64,000 nt of DNA from Candidatus Methanoperedenaceae archaeon (GTDB lineage: Archaea; Halobacteriota; Methanosarcinia; Methanosarcinales; Methanoperedenaceae). The stretch covers positions 32,001 through 96,000 of the forward strand of contig CAVWCX010000002.1 in assembly GCA_963753595.1 (NCBI GenBank), read 5' to 3'. Made by a program: the position numbers and the translations under genes. The notes beneath the pieces were generated by a model. That model made no database searches and was not told the origin of the DNA. It was given only the letters and a program-made list of their open reading frames with translations. Shown one piece after another: positions 1 through 8,412 of this stretch; within the stretch, counting starts at the first letter, position 1, and the number at the start of each line of letters is the position of its first letter.

Positions 1-894
1 ACAGATAGAGTTTTGACGATAGAGGATATCATCAACGAATATGCAGATCAATTACCTGAGAGAATAAGTAAAAATCTATTGAAGATTAAATCCAAACAAA
101 TAAATGAAATTCTTGACTCAATAAAAGTTCATTTAATAAGAGAGCAAAGACTGTTTAAACAAGTTAAAAGTGTTGACAGAAATTATCGTGAGGAGAGAGA
201 GCAAACCATAATGATTGAAACCATCGAGACTTACGCTAATGAACTGAAAGAATTGATTTTATATTACTCACAACAATCTGTTAAGATATCACAAGAACTT
301 GATAGCAGTTATCCAAATCGTTTAATAAGACAAAAAGGAAAAGTTTCAAGGGACGAATATAATGATCGTTTCAATGAACTTAAAGAAAAACAGAAAAAAT
401 TGAAAAATTTCGGTTTGTATGAAAGTAAACAAGAAGTTCTAGGATATAGTAAAGCTGATTCAAAAGCTCTTTTAGTATATTTAAATGATTTAGAAAATAA
501 GTTAGGTGTGTTCGATGATCTTCTTGAAAAACTTGAATTATTTACAAATATTTTAAACGAAAGAAGATTTACATACAAGACTATTGAAGTGGACAGAGAG
601 AAGGGATTTTATTTTAGGACTATTAACGGAAAGGAATTAGGATTAACGCAACTCTCGTCAGGAGAGCAACATGAAGTCGTTTTGCTTTATGAATTAATAT
701 TTAAAGCAAGACAAAATACTCTCGTTTTAATTGACGAGCCTGAAATATCACTTCATATTACTTGGCAAAAAGAATTCCTCAATGATTTGTTGAAAATAAT
801 TAAGATACAAAATATTCAAGTTTTGATTGCAACCCACTCGTCGCCAATTATAAATGGAATGTGGGACTTAGTTTATACTCTTCAAAAAAGTTGA
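1..894 (+). CDS. ABC/AAA-type ATPase (AAA_15/AAA_21-like, PARIS AriA-like), 5' end outside window
   Basis: Signature LSSGEQ, Walker B LVLIDEPE, H-loop IATHS; frame open from base 1; AT-rich. Confidence 0.8.
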   Translation, partial: TDRVLTIEDIINEYADQLPERISKNLLKIKSKQINEILDSIKVHLIREQRLFKQVKSVDRNYREEREQTIMIETIETYANELKELILYYSQQSVKISQELDSSYPNRLIRQKGKVSRDEYNDRFNELKEKQKKLKNFGLYESKQEVLGYSKADSKALLVYLNDLENKLGVFDDLLEKLELFTNILNERRFTYKTIEVDREKGFYFRTINGKELGLTQLSSGEQHEVVLLYELIFKARQNTLVLIDEPEISLHITWQKEFLNDLLKIIKIQNIQVLIATHSSPIINGMWDLVYTLQKS

Positions 895-900
895 TATTAA

Positions 901-1740
901 ATGAAAAAACAGGATATTACTTTTCAAGATAAACTAATTGAACTAAGACTTGATATTTCACATCCTAAGAGTATAGGGAAAGTTTTTATTCTCTTAGAAG
1001 GCGAAAGCGATATTAGACTTTTTAAAAAATTATTCAATTTAAGTAATTGCAAAGTTGAAAATATTCCTGGAGGTAAGGAAAAACTTGAAGAATGTGTTGG
1101 AATATTGGTCAATATTTACCCACTTATTATCGGAATTAGAGATGCTGATTTTATTCACTTGGAAGCAAAACCATATGAAAAAGCAAATGTTTTTTTAACA
1201 GATTTCCATGACATAGAAATGATACTTATTTCAGAGGGCGATGTATTCAGTTCATTAGTATTTGAATATACCAATTTGCCAAAAGATAAACATGATGAAA
1301 TAAGAAATAATATTATGCGCTCAATTGAACAAATAGGCTATTTAAAGTGGCTTAATGATAAAGAAAGTTTAGAATATAAATTTGAAGCAGGATTTCAAGA
1401 CTTAATATCATTCGCAAATCTTGAAATAGATTTCAATCAATATTTTGGCAGAGTTCTGTCTAAATCGCCAAATGCTAAAATTACCGATAAAAAAATTATT
1501 CTAGATAAAATGAGGGCTTTGAAAGCCACGAATCCTAACCCATTACAATTATGCAATGGACATGATTTCATGAAAGCATTTTCAGAATATATAAAACAAA
1601 ATTATACTGTGAAAAATGTCACTTGCGAACATGTTGTAAGTTGCTCTAGAATGACTTTTACATTTAATCATTACAGTCGGACAAGGTTGCACCTTAATAC
1701 TAAAAGGTGGGCAGACAATATCAAATGTGTCCTATATTAA
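901..1740 (+). CDS. DUF4435/TOPRIM-fold protein (PARIS AriB-like)
   Basis: TOPRIM motifs LLEGESD and IRDADF, plus HDIE and NGHD; 6 nt downstream of the ATPase. Confidence 0.75.
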   Translation: MKKQDITFQDKLIELRLDISHPKSIGKVFILLEGESDIRLFKKLFNLSNCKVENIPGGKEKLEECVGILVNIYPLIIGIRDADFIHLEAKPYEKANVFLTDFHDIEMILISEGDVFSSLVFEYTNLPKDKHDEIRNNIMRSIEQIGYLKWLNDKESLEYKFEAGFQDLISFANLEIDFNQYFGRVLSKSPNAKITDKKIILDKMRALKATNPNPLQLCNGHDFMKAFSEYIKQNYTVKNVTCEHVVSCSRMTFTFNHYSRTRLHLNTKRWADNIKCVLY

Positions 1741-1898
1741 GTGTTGAATTTTTTAAGTTTGAATCTAAGCAAGCTTACCGTTTCACTTTTGGTTTTATTC
1801 TATATTAGCCAAGACGTGCTCCCGAGCCAGATTGCTCACACCCGTATAATTTATCAAGAGTGATGTTTTTCCGAGATACCTATTACCCTAGAAATTGA

Positions 1899-1983
1899 TG
1901 CGGAGGATGGGATTCGAACCCATGAACTCCTGCGAGACAGGACCCTAAATCCTGCGCCTTTGACCTGGCTGGGCGACCTCCGC
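1899..1983 (-). tRNA. tRNA-Leu(TAG)
   Basis: Reverse complement GCGGAGGTCGCCCAGCCAGGTCAAAGGCGCAGGATTTAGGGTCCTG...GGGTTCGAATCCCATCCTCCGCA; long variable arm; anticodon loop TT-TAG-GG. Confidence 0.95.
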
Positions 1984-2163
1984 ACGAGCCTTCAGATGAT
2001 TCTTATTAGATAAAGCTTTGATGTCTGGAATAATCAGGGAAAAATAATCCTTAACTTAGCCCAATTTAGGGAATATATAATATACATTGTGCCGTTGCAA
2101 GTCGAAATCATGGATTTTTAATATTACGTAAATATGTATTAGTAGGTTTTTTTTTCAAGAACT

Positions 2164-2361
2164 CACCGCAAAGTACGCAAAGAGCGCAAAGATTAGAATA
2201 ATCGTTCTTTGCGTACTTTGCGCCCTGGTATGAAAAAACAACGAACTAATACGAACTGAAACGAACTCAAGCTACCAGAGTTCGTTCGTGTTCGTTTATG
2301 TTCGTTGTTTTTTTTCATTTTTATTTATGAATCGGGAGGATTCATGGCCGACTTTGCGGTG
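2164..2361. repeat. Nested inverted-repeat element with 9-nt and 10-nt periodic arms
   Basis: Outer CACCGCAAAGT / ACTTTGCGGTG with 3x GCAAAG units; inner 3x ACGAAC / 3x GTTCGT bounded by ATGAA...TTCAT. Confidence 0.85.
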
Positions 2362-2485
2362 TTTAAATGTCGATAAAATGTCACAAGAAACTATAATATA
2401 GTTATTAGTTTTTATAATGCATTATTTTATTTTGATATTAGGTAAAACATGCAAAGTTACGGATAATCTAAAATTGAAAGGATCG

Positions 2486-2621
2486 GTGCGTTGGCAGGTA
2501 ACCAACCCTGAATGTAATCCCCACTCCCCAACCTGCCGAAGCACAACAGGTAAAGTATATAGTAGCACCAAGAAATAGTCTATTATCATTGGAGTACTAC
2601 CCCAACACTAACACTTTTTTT
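2486..2621 (+). ncRNA. Candidate structured small RNA
   Basis: Stem GTGCGTTGGCAGGT/ACCTGCCGAAGCAC enclosing a C-rich loop, second imperfect stem 2560-2599, T7 tract; intergenic. Confidence 0.5.
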
Positions 2622-2688
2622 GATACCTGAAAACTGAAACAAGGAAGTAATTATGATTAAATAAGGATCGTAACTATAAAGTTCAAAA

Positions 2689-3126
2689 ATGAAAGGAATA
2701 TACGCTCTTATTCTCAGGTTGAATAACGACATCGACCTTACCATAGGAAGACTCGGGAAGTTCCATTTTAAGACCGGTTATTACTATTACATAGGTTCAG
2801 CGCTTGGTATGGGCGGATTCAAGCGCGTAACAAGGCATTTCAATGTGGCTTTGGGAAAAAACAAAACGAGGAAATGGCATATAGATCATCTTCTTCCCCA
2901 TTCAGAGGTTATATGCGCCGTACTGTTGCCGACATGTGAAGCTCTTGAATGCAAAGCGGCAAAAACCCTTATGGAATTTTCACAATTCATCCCGGGATTC
3001 GGGTGCAGTGATTGTACGTGCAGATCACATCTTTTTTTCCATGAACTGGATATCAAGAACGATATAATAAGTATCGCCAATAAGCTGACAGGAAACGAAA
3101 GTATCATTATTTATCCCGGCATGTAG
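2689..3126 (+). CDS. GIY-YIG nuclease family protein (DUF123-like)
   Basis: KGIY...YYYIGSA, RWHID-like KWHID, GFGCSDCTCRSHL. Confidence 0.85.
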   Translation: MKGIYALILRLNNDIDLTIGRLGKFHFKTGYYYYIGSALGMGGFKRVTRHFNVALGKNKTRKWHIDHLLPHSEVICAVLLPTCEALECKAAKTLMEFSQFIPGFGCSDCTCRSHLFFHELDIKNDIISIANKLTGNESIIIYPGM

Positions 3127-3132
3127 GATTAC

Positions 3133-4143
3133 ATGGACATCGGAATAATCGGAGGCTCCGGATATACAGGCGGGGAATTGATGCGTTTACTTTCCCATCA
3201 CCCTGAAGCAAGGATCAAAGCAGTTACTTCACGCAATAAAAAAGGACAAAATATCAGCGATACTCATGCCCATCTTCGAAAAATTATTGACCTTGAATTT
3301 GAAGACCTGACTCCCCGGGAAGTTGCTTCACGCTGTGACATTGTGTTCACAGCCGTACCACATGGCACCGCTATGCAGGTAGTGCCTGCACTTATTGAGG
3401 CAGGTACCAGAATAGTAGACTTGAGTGCGGATTATCGTCTCAAAACAGATGTTTTTGAAAAAACCTATAAAATGAAACATACAGACCCGCGCGAAGCGGT
3501 ATATGGCATTCCTGAACTTCATCATGAGATCCCAACACAGCAATTTATTGCAAACCCTGGCTGCTACCCAACAGGCGCTTCGCTTGCGGCCGCACCTCTT
3601 GCCAGTGCAGGATTGATCGAGCGCGTAGTGTTTGATTCAAAAAGCGGGATATCAGGCGCCGGAGTTGAACCAAGTGCAGTTTCCCATTATCCCAACATGG
3701 CCGAGAATATCCAGGCATATAAGCTCACAACACACCGCCACCGCGCTGAAATAGTGCAGGAACTCACACGGCTTGATGGCAGCCTGAAAAGCATCAGCTT
3801 TACGCCGCATGTTATTCCTTCGGTGCGGGGGATTCTCACAACTGCGCATATATTCGTGAAGAAACAATTAAGCGAAGAAGATGTCAGCGCGATATACAGT
3901 GATTTTTACAAGGATAAACCATTCATAAGGCTGATAAAAGGCATACCCATGCTGGGAAATGTACGCGGTTCCAATTTCTGCGACATAGGTTTTGAAGTAG
4001 ATAAGGGAAGCGACAGGATAGTTGTGATATCGGCAATTGACAACCTGGTAAAAGGAGCATCAGGCCAGGCAATCCAGAACATGAACCTGATGTTTGGCCT
4101 TCCTGAGACAACAGGTCTCTGGTCGCCAGGTTTTGCTCCGTGA
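3133..4143 (+). CDS. argC: N-acetyl-gamma-glutamyl-phosphate reductase
   Basis: GGSGYTGGEL, DLSADYR, ANPGCYPT, SGISGAG, DNLVKGASGQA. Confidence 0.97.
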   Translation: MDIGIIGGSGYTGGELMRLLSHHPEARIKAVTSRNKKGQNISDTHAHLRKIIDLEFEDLTPREVASRCDIVFTAVPHGTAMQVVPALIEAGTRIVDLSADYRLKTDVFEKTYKMKHTDPREAVYGIPELHHEIPTQQFIANPGCYPTGASLAAAPLASAGLIERVVFDSKSGISGAGVEPSAVSHYPNMAENIQAYKLTTHRHRAEIVQELTRLDGSLKSISFTPHVIPSVRGILTTAHIFVKKQLSEEDVSAIYSDFYKDKPFIRLIKGIPMLGNVRGSNFCDIGFEVDKGSDRIVVISAIDNLVKGASGQAIQNMNLMFGLPETTGLWSPGFAP

Positions 4144-4152
4144 GGTATTATT

Positions 4153-4626
4153 ATGAAAATAAAAGATGTTATGAATAAAGACGTTATTACCTGTTCGCCC
4201 GGTGACTCATTAGGCCATCTGGCAAACCTGTTCAAAGAGAAACATATCAGCGGGTTGCCCGTGGTCGATAACGGAAAAGTTGTAGGACTTGTTTCCGAAA
4301 CCGACCTTTTAAAGTTATTCAGGATGCCGGAATTTTCAAATGAATTGTGGCTTCCAAGCCCGTTTGAAATAATTGAGATACCCATAAGGAATCTTGTCAG
4401 GATCGAAGAGACAAAGTATGCCCTTGAAAACCTTAAACTTCGACCTGTTGGGGATATTATGACAAAGGACATTCATGTAATTTCCCCGGAGGACGACCTG
4501 GAAGATGCGTCAGGCATTATGGTAAAATATAAGGTTAACCGGCTGCCGGTCATCGACAATGGTAAGCTTGTCGGAATAGTTGCCCGAAGTGACATATTGA
4601 GGGGCCTGTCAGGATCGGGGCAATGA
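4153..4626 (+). CDS. CBS domain pair protein
   Basis: Two CBS repeats (ISGLPVVD.GKVVG; VNRLPVID.GKLVG). Confidence 0.9.
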   Translation: MKIKDVMNKDVITCSPGDSLGHLANLFKEKHISGLPVVDNGKVVGLVSETDLLKLFRMPEFSNELWLPSPFEIIEIPIRNLVRIEETKYALENLKLRPVGDIMTKDIHVISPEDDLEDASGIMVKYKVNRLPVIDNGKLVGIVARSDILRGLSGSGQ

Positions 4627-5804
4627 CAATGAAAACCATCAATGGCGGCATTTGTGCCGTAAAAGGCATTAGAGCTAATGGGATCAAGCAGGGAAAGAAC
4701 GGGCTTGCGATCATGGTTGCAGATGCCCGGGAACTTGAGACTGCCGGCGTTTTTACGAGAAATAAAGTGATAGCGGCACCGCTTATTGTTACAAAAGCCT
4801 ATCTTGAAAAGGGGAATTTAAAAGCTATAATTGCCAATAGCGGATGTGCAAACGCATTTACGGGTGAAAAAGGCCTGGACGATGCGAAATGGATGGCCGA
4901 GATACTTGCAAAAAGAATGAATTGCTTTCCTTATGATATAGGAGTAGCCTCAACCGGGGTGATCGGGCGAAATCTTGACAGGACATGGATCGGAGGGCAT
5001 CTTGATGAGGTTTTTGACCAGCTTTCCGATTCGGAAGGATCAGCCAGAGCTGCCGCAAGAGCCATCATGACAACTGATCTTTCTATGAAAGAGATAGCCA
5101 TAGAGCTTGATAATGGTGTTCACATCGCAGGTATCGCGAAAGGTTCAGGGATGATCGAGCCGAATATGGGTACTATGCTTGCTTTTATTTTTACGGATGC
5201 CGCTTTTTCAAAAGTTACTCTTGATGCCTGCCTGAGAAAGGCAGTTGATAAGAGTTTTAACATGCTGGTTGTTGATGGTGATACAAGCACAAATGACATG
5301 GCGTTGTTGACCGCAACAGGATATCATGAATGCGAAGAAGCTGTTTTCCAGGAAGGGCTTGACCATGTATGCATAAGTCTTGCAAAAATGATAGCAAAAG
5401 ATGGCGAGGGAGCAAGCAGGCTGATCGAGGTAAGAGTTACAGGAGCAAAGAGCGCGAAAGATGCAAGAAAAGCCGCAAAGGCAATAGTGCGCTCACCGCT
5501 TGTAAAAACCGCGATATTCGGTAAAGACCCGAACTGGGGAAGGGTAGTCGCAGCCGCCGGCTATTCAGGCGCTGATATTGAACAGGATAAGATATCGCTT
5601 AAGTTCTCTGATACTAAAAATGAGGTTTTGCTTGTTGATTCAGGAAAGATCGTAGAAGGTAAGCTCGATGAGCTAAAGGCAATTATGGAAAGCAAAGAGA
5701 TAATAATCGAAGTGGATATTGGTATTGGAAATTTCGGGGCGATCGCCTGGGGCTGCGACCTGACGTATGATTATGTAAAGATCAATGCGATGTATACAAC
5801 GTGA
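4623..5804 (+). CDS. argJ: Ornithine acetyltransferase / N-acetylglutamate synthase
   Basis: NSGCANA, IMTTD, KGSGMIEPNMGTML, DGDTSTND, DGEGA, DPNWGR. Confidence 0.97.
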   Translation: MTMKTINGGICAVKGIRANGIKQGKNGLAIMVADARELETAGVFTRNKVIAAPLIVTKAYLEKGNLKAIIANSGCANAFTGEKGLDDAKWMAEILAKRMNCFPYDIGVASTGVIGRNLDRTWIGGHLDEVFDQLSDSEGSARAAARAIMTTDLSMKEIAIELDNGVHIAGIAKGSGMIEPNMGTMLAFIFTDAAFSKVTLDACLRKAVDKSFNMLVVDGDTSTNDMALLTATGYHECEEAVFQEGLDHVCISLAKMIAKDGEGASRLIEVRVTGAKSAKDARKAAKAIVRSPLVKTAIFGKDPNWGRVVAAAGYSGADIEQDKISLKFSDTKNEVLLVDSGKIVEGKLDELKAIMESKEIIIEVDIGIGNFGAIAWGCDLTYDYVKINAMYTT

Positions 5805-5872
5805 TGAAATCTGAAATCCCGATGTTAAAAATCGTGAAGCTCATAGAGAAATTTATTGTAACTATAATTATC

Positions 5873-6265
5873 TTAAGAATTCAACAAGAAGTAAAGATTG
5901 TTAAAATTAATAAACAAATACATATATATCATTCCTAACATTGCGCCTTTTGCGATCCTTCGGTTGGAGGCAGGAATCCGGTGCATTACTGACATTATGA
6001 GAAAGACCATTGTTAATTTGAACGGGACGAACCATTCTTTGTTATACAGGGGATTCAGTTCTTTGTTTTGCGGATTTTGAAGCGCGAAATATGTGATCGT
6101 CAGGTCAGATATTTGCAGTATTGTGAATAATATTCCAAATAATATTATAAAACGTATATATCCGGAATTACCACTGATCAAAGATTTAAATCTATAAAGA
6201 AAATTATACTTTATCTTTTTATCTTGAATTTCACGATTTCCCAGGTAATCTTTTGAGTCGGTCAT
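5873..6265 (-). CDS. Small membrane protein (DUF5658-like)
   Basis: Hydrophobic helices with D.xxT...ELNP motif; start uncertain. Confidence 0.65.
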   Translation of the reverse strand: MTDSKDYLGNREIQDKKIKYNFLYRFKSLISGNSGYIRFIILFGILFTILQISDLTITYFALQNPQNKELNPLYNKEWFVPFKLTMVFLIMSVMHRIPASNRRIAKGAMLGMIYMYLFINFNNLYFLLNS

Positions 6266-6421
6266 CTCATACACACCAATTTCAAACAAGACCTTTATCT
6301 ATTTAAATATATCTAATTCATAATATAGTTATAATTGTTATTATCATGAAATGCTTTTTTTTTACAATGATATTCAAGTTATTTTTTCATTTGAAGTTAA
6401 TATCTTTATAAATCAACGCTA

Positions 6422-6563
6422 TCGGAGGTCATTGAAGTGTCCGTCAACGGCACTGGCGATCTCGTCAGGCGCCATATACTTTGCGCGAAGTTTTGCCGGT
6501 GATGTCAGGAAGCAGGCGATTGAAAAGATCGATATTAGCCGGCGGATGGATGATTTTGTTTGA
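6422..6563 (+). pseudogene. Remnant of 2-oxoacid:ferredoxin oxidoreductase beta subunit
   Basis: EVIEVSVN, then a frame change to ALAISSGAIYFARSFAGDV, resembling the beta-subunit NPLALA..SGATFVAR.F.GD segment. Confidence 0.45.
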
Positions 6564-6622
6564 AAGTTTTAGGGTTAAGAGGAGGGAGTTTAATGTGAAG
6601 GATACCAACATTTCAAATAAAA

Positions 6623-7045
6623 TTATATTAAATCTTTACATATATTATATATTCTTCTTGCTGAGTTACTCAATTCCAGTGCAGAATCTTCACTATACAC
6701 ACTTCCATAGTCCGCCCCTTCCCGGATTTTCATCGCATAGCTAAAATCCTGCAAAAGCCGGTTATCTAGAGCGCCGGCATCAACAAAGAGAGATTCAATT
6801 GCGTATTTTATGCAGGTATGGCTTTTTTCTCTAAATCCTTTGCTGAAAATAAGAGCTCTAAATGAATGGAACATAGAATAATATGCCTGGATTATCGCCC
6901 ATTTGAAATTCCTCTCCTGTATGGACATTTCACATGAATCAAGATCATTTTTTGCTTCATTGATCTCTTTTGATATAATGTCAGGTGCAATTTCTATCTT
7001 TACTATTTTCCCTTTTTCGAGACACTGTTCAAATTGATATCTCAT
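6623..7045 (-). CDS. HEPN domain protein (toxin)
   Basis: AIIQAYYSMFHS, REKSH, REGADY; coupled to the MNT gene. Confidence 0.88.
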   Translation of the reverse strand: MRYQFEQCLEKGKIVKIEIAPDIISKEINEAKNDLDSCEMSIQERNFKWAIIQAYYSMFHSFRALIFSKGFREKSHTCIKYAIESLFVDAGALDNRLLQDFSYAMKIREGADYGSVYSEDSALELSNSARRIYNICKDLI

Positions 7046-7584
7046 TATGCTTCATGGATTACTTTTCCCATGTTAATTCTTTCGTAAAGTGGTCTATCCT
7101 TTGCCTCAAGGTTCCTGAATTCAGAGGAGTCAAGAATGATGGGAGATATCTTGCGGGGGATCTTCTCCTGATAACTATCATGAAGCTCTGCAACAATTCT
7201 TTTATTATCGGATTCAATGAAAATATCGATATCGCTATCTATTGTATCCTCTCCTGCAGCACAACTTCCAAACATGATGACCCTGGAAGAGACTTCCTTT
7301 AAGTGCAGGATGAACGGATCTATTTCCAGAAGGGTGAGAAGTATCTTGAACTCCCTGAGCAGGAAATTTTGCATGTTCGCCCTGTATATTACCAGCCTGC
7401 CCCGTTGCTCTTTTGAAACGAGTCCAGCTTCTTCGAGTGTTCTCAGGCTCTGGCTCGCTGACCCCAGACTGATACTGAGATTCCTTGAAATTTCACGGAC
7501 ATAGTAACCATCCCGATATCTTCTGCCGAGGTAGCGAATAATCTGAATTGAGGGCATTGAAAATACGTTCATTATTTTGAACAT
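7045..7584 (-). CDS. wHTH-fused minimal nucleotidyltransferase (MNT antitoxin)
   Basis: N-terminal HTH (VREISRNLSISLGSAS) and FGS...DSDIDIF; start chosen at ATG 7584. Confidence 0.85.
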   Translation of the reverse strand: MFKIMNVFSMPSIQIIRYLGRRYRDGYYVREISRNLSISLGSASQSLRTLEEAGLVSKEQRGRLVIYRANMQNFLLREFKILLTLLEIDPFILHLKEVSSRVIMFGSCAAGEDTIDSDIDIFIESDNKRIVAELHDSYQEKIPRKISPIILDSSEFRNLEAKDRPLYERINMGKVIHEA

Positions 7585-7602
7585 ATGTTCATTTATATGA
7601 AC
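7567..7602. promoter_or_regulatory. Two GTTCA-N6-TGAAC palindromes at the MNT start (putative operator)
   Basis: 7567-7582 and 7587-7602, 20 bp apart. Confidence 0.55.
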
Positions 7603-7719
7603 GATTGTATTTAAGATTTGCGGGTGTTTCTGAGGTTTTGGTGGATTTTTTCCTGCACTTCTTACAGTGCCTAGATACTTGAAAAACCCTTTCGACCCGT
7701 AAACCTTAAATATTCCAAA

Positions 7720-7748
7720 AAACAATGTTCACTAAATGAACAGTGTTT
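7720..7748. promoter_or_regulatory. Putative TetR operator
   Basis: AAACAATGTTCA-N5-TGAACAGTGTTT inverted repeat between a TATA-like box and the tetR ATG. Confidence 0.65.
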
Positions 7749-7752
7749 AGTT

Positions 7753-8412
7753 ATGGGCATACAAGAAAGAAAAGAACAAGAGAAATCAGAAATGAGAGGG
7801 CTGATCCTAAAAACAGCCATGAATTTATTCCTCGATAAAGGGTTCGAGAACATTACGATACGCCATATCGCAGAAAAGATCGAATACAGTCCTGCGACTA
7901 TTTATTTATACTTCAAGAATAAAGATGAAATTCTCTATACCCTGCGAAAAGTTGGATTTGAAAAGTTATATGAACATCAGAAAACTTCACTCAAACTCAA
8001 TGATCCTGTTAAGCGCCTGGTCAGGCATGGAGAGGCATATATTCAATTTGCGCTTGAGAATCCCGAATATTATGATTTGATGTTCATGATGAGAGGGCCT
8101 GTAGAGATACAGGATATAAATGATTGTGATATCGGCCTTAAGTCTTATGAATTGCTTAAGAAAAATGTGAAAGAATGTCAGGAAACGGGACTATTTCCCG
8201 GGAAAAACATTGATATAGCAGCATTCTCATTGTGGTCTTATGTGCATGGTATCGCATCATTAATAATCCGGGGCAGGGGCATTATGTTCCCTGAAGAACA
8301 AATAAATCATATGATTGAGGGGGCTCTTAATTTTTTGCTCGAAGGTATTCAAAATAAAAAGCGGGATCCAGATCATAGATCAATGAAATTAAAAAAGGAG
8401 TTGGATGTATGA
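7753..8412 (+). CDS. TetR/AcrR family transcriptional regulator
   Basis: GFENITIRHIAEKIEYSPATIYLYFKNKDEI HTH. Confidence 0.93.
   Translation: MGIQERKEQEKSEMRGLILKTAMNLFLDKGFENITIRHIAEKIEYSPATIYLYFKNKDEILYTLRKVGFEKLYEHQKTSLKLNDPVKRLVRHGEAYIQFALENPEYYDLMFMMRGPVEIQDINDCDIGLKSYELLKKNVKECQETGLFPGKNIDIAAFSLWSYVHGIASLIIRGRGIMFPEEQINHMIEGALNFLLEGIQNKKRDPDHRSMKLKKELDV

Noticed and set aside
2164-2361. CRISPR array
   Set aside because: Units are 9-10 nt, inverted, without unique spacers; no cas genes in the window.
4153-4626. CBS protein inside argC-argJ as a novel regulator
   Set aside because: I recall this arrangement as common in methanogens; nothing in the sequence makes it unusual.
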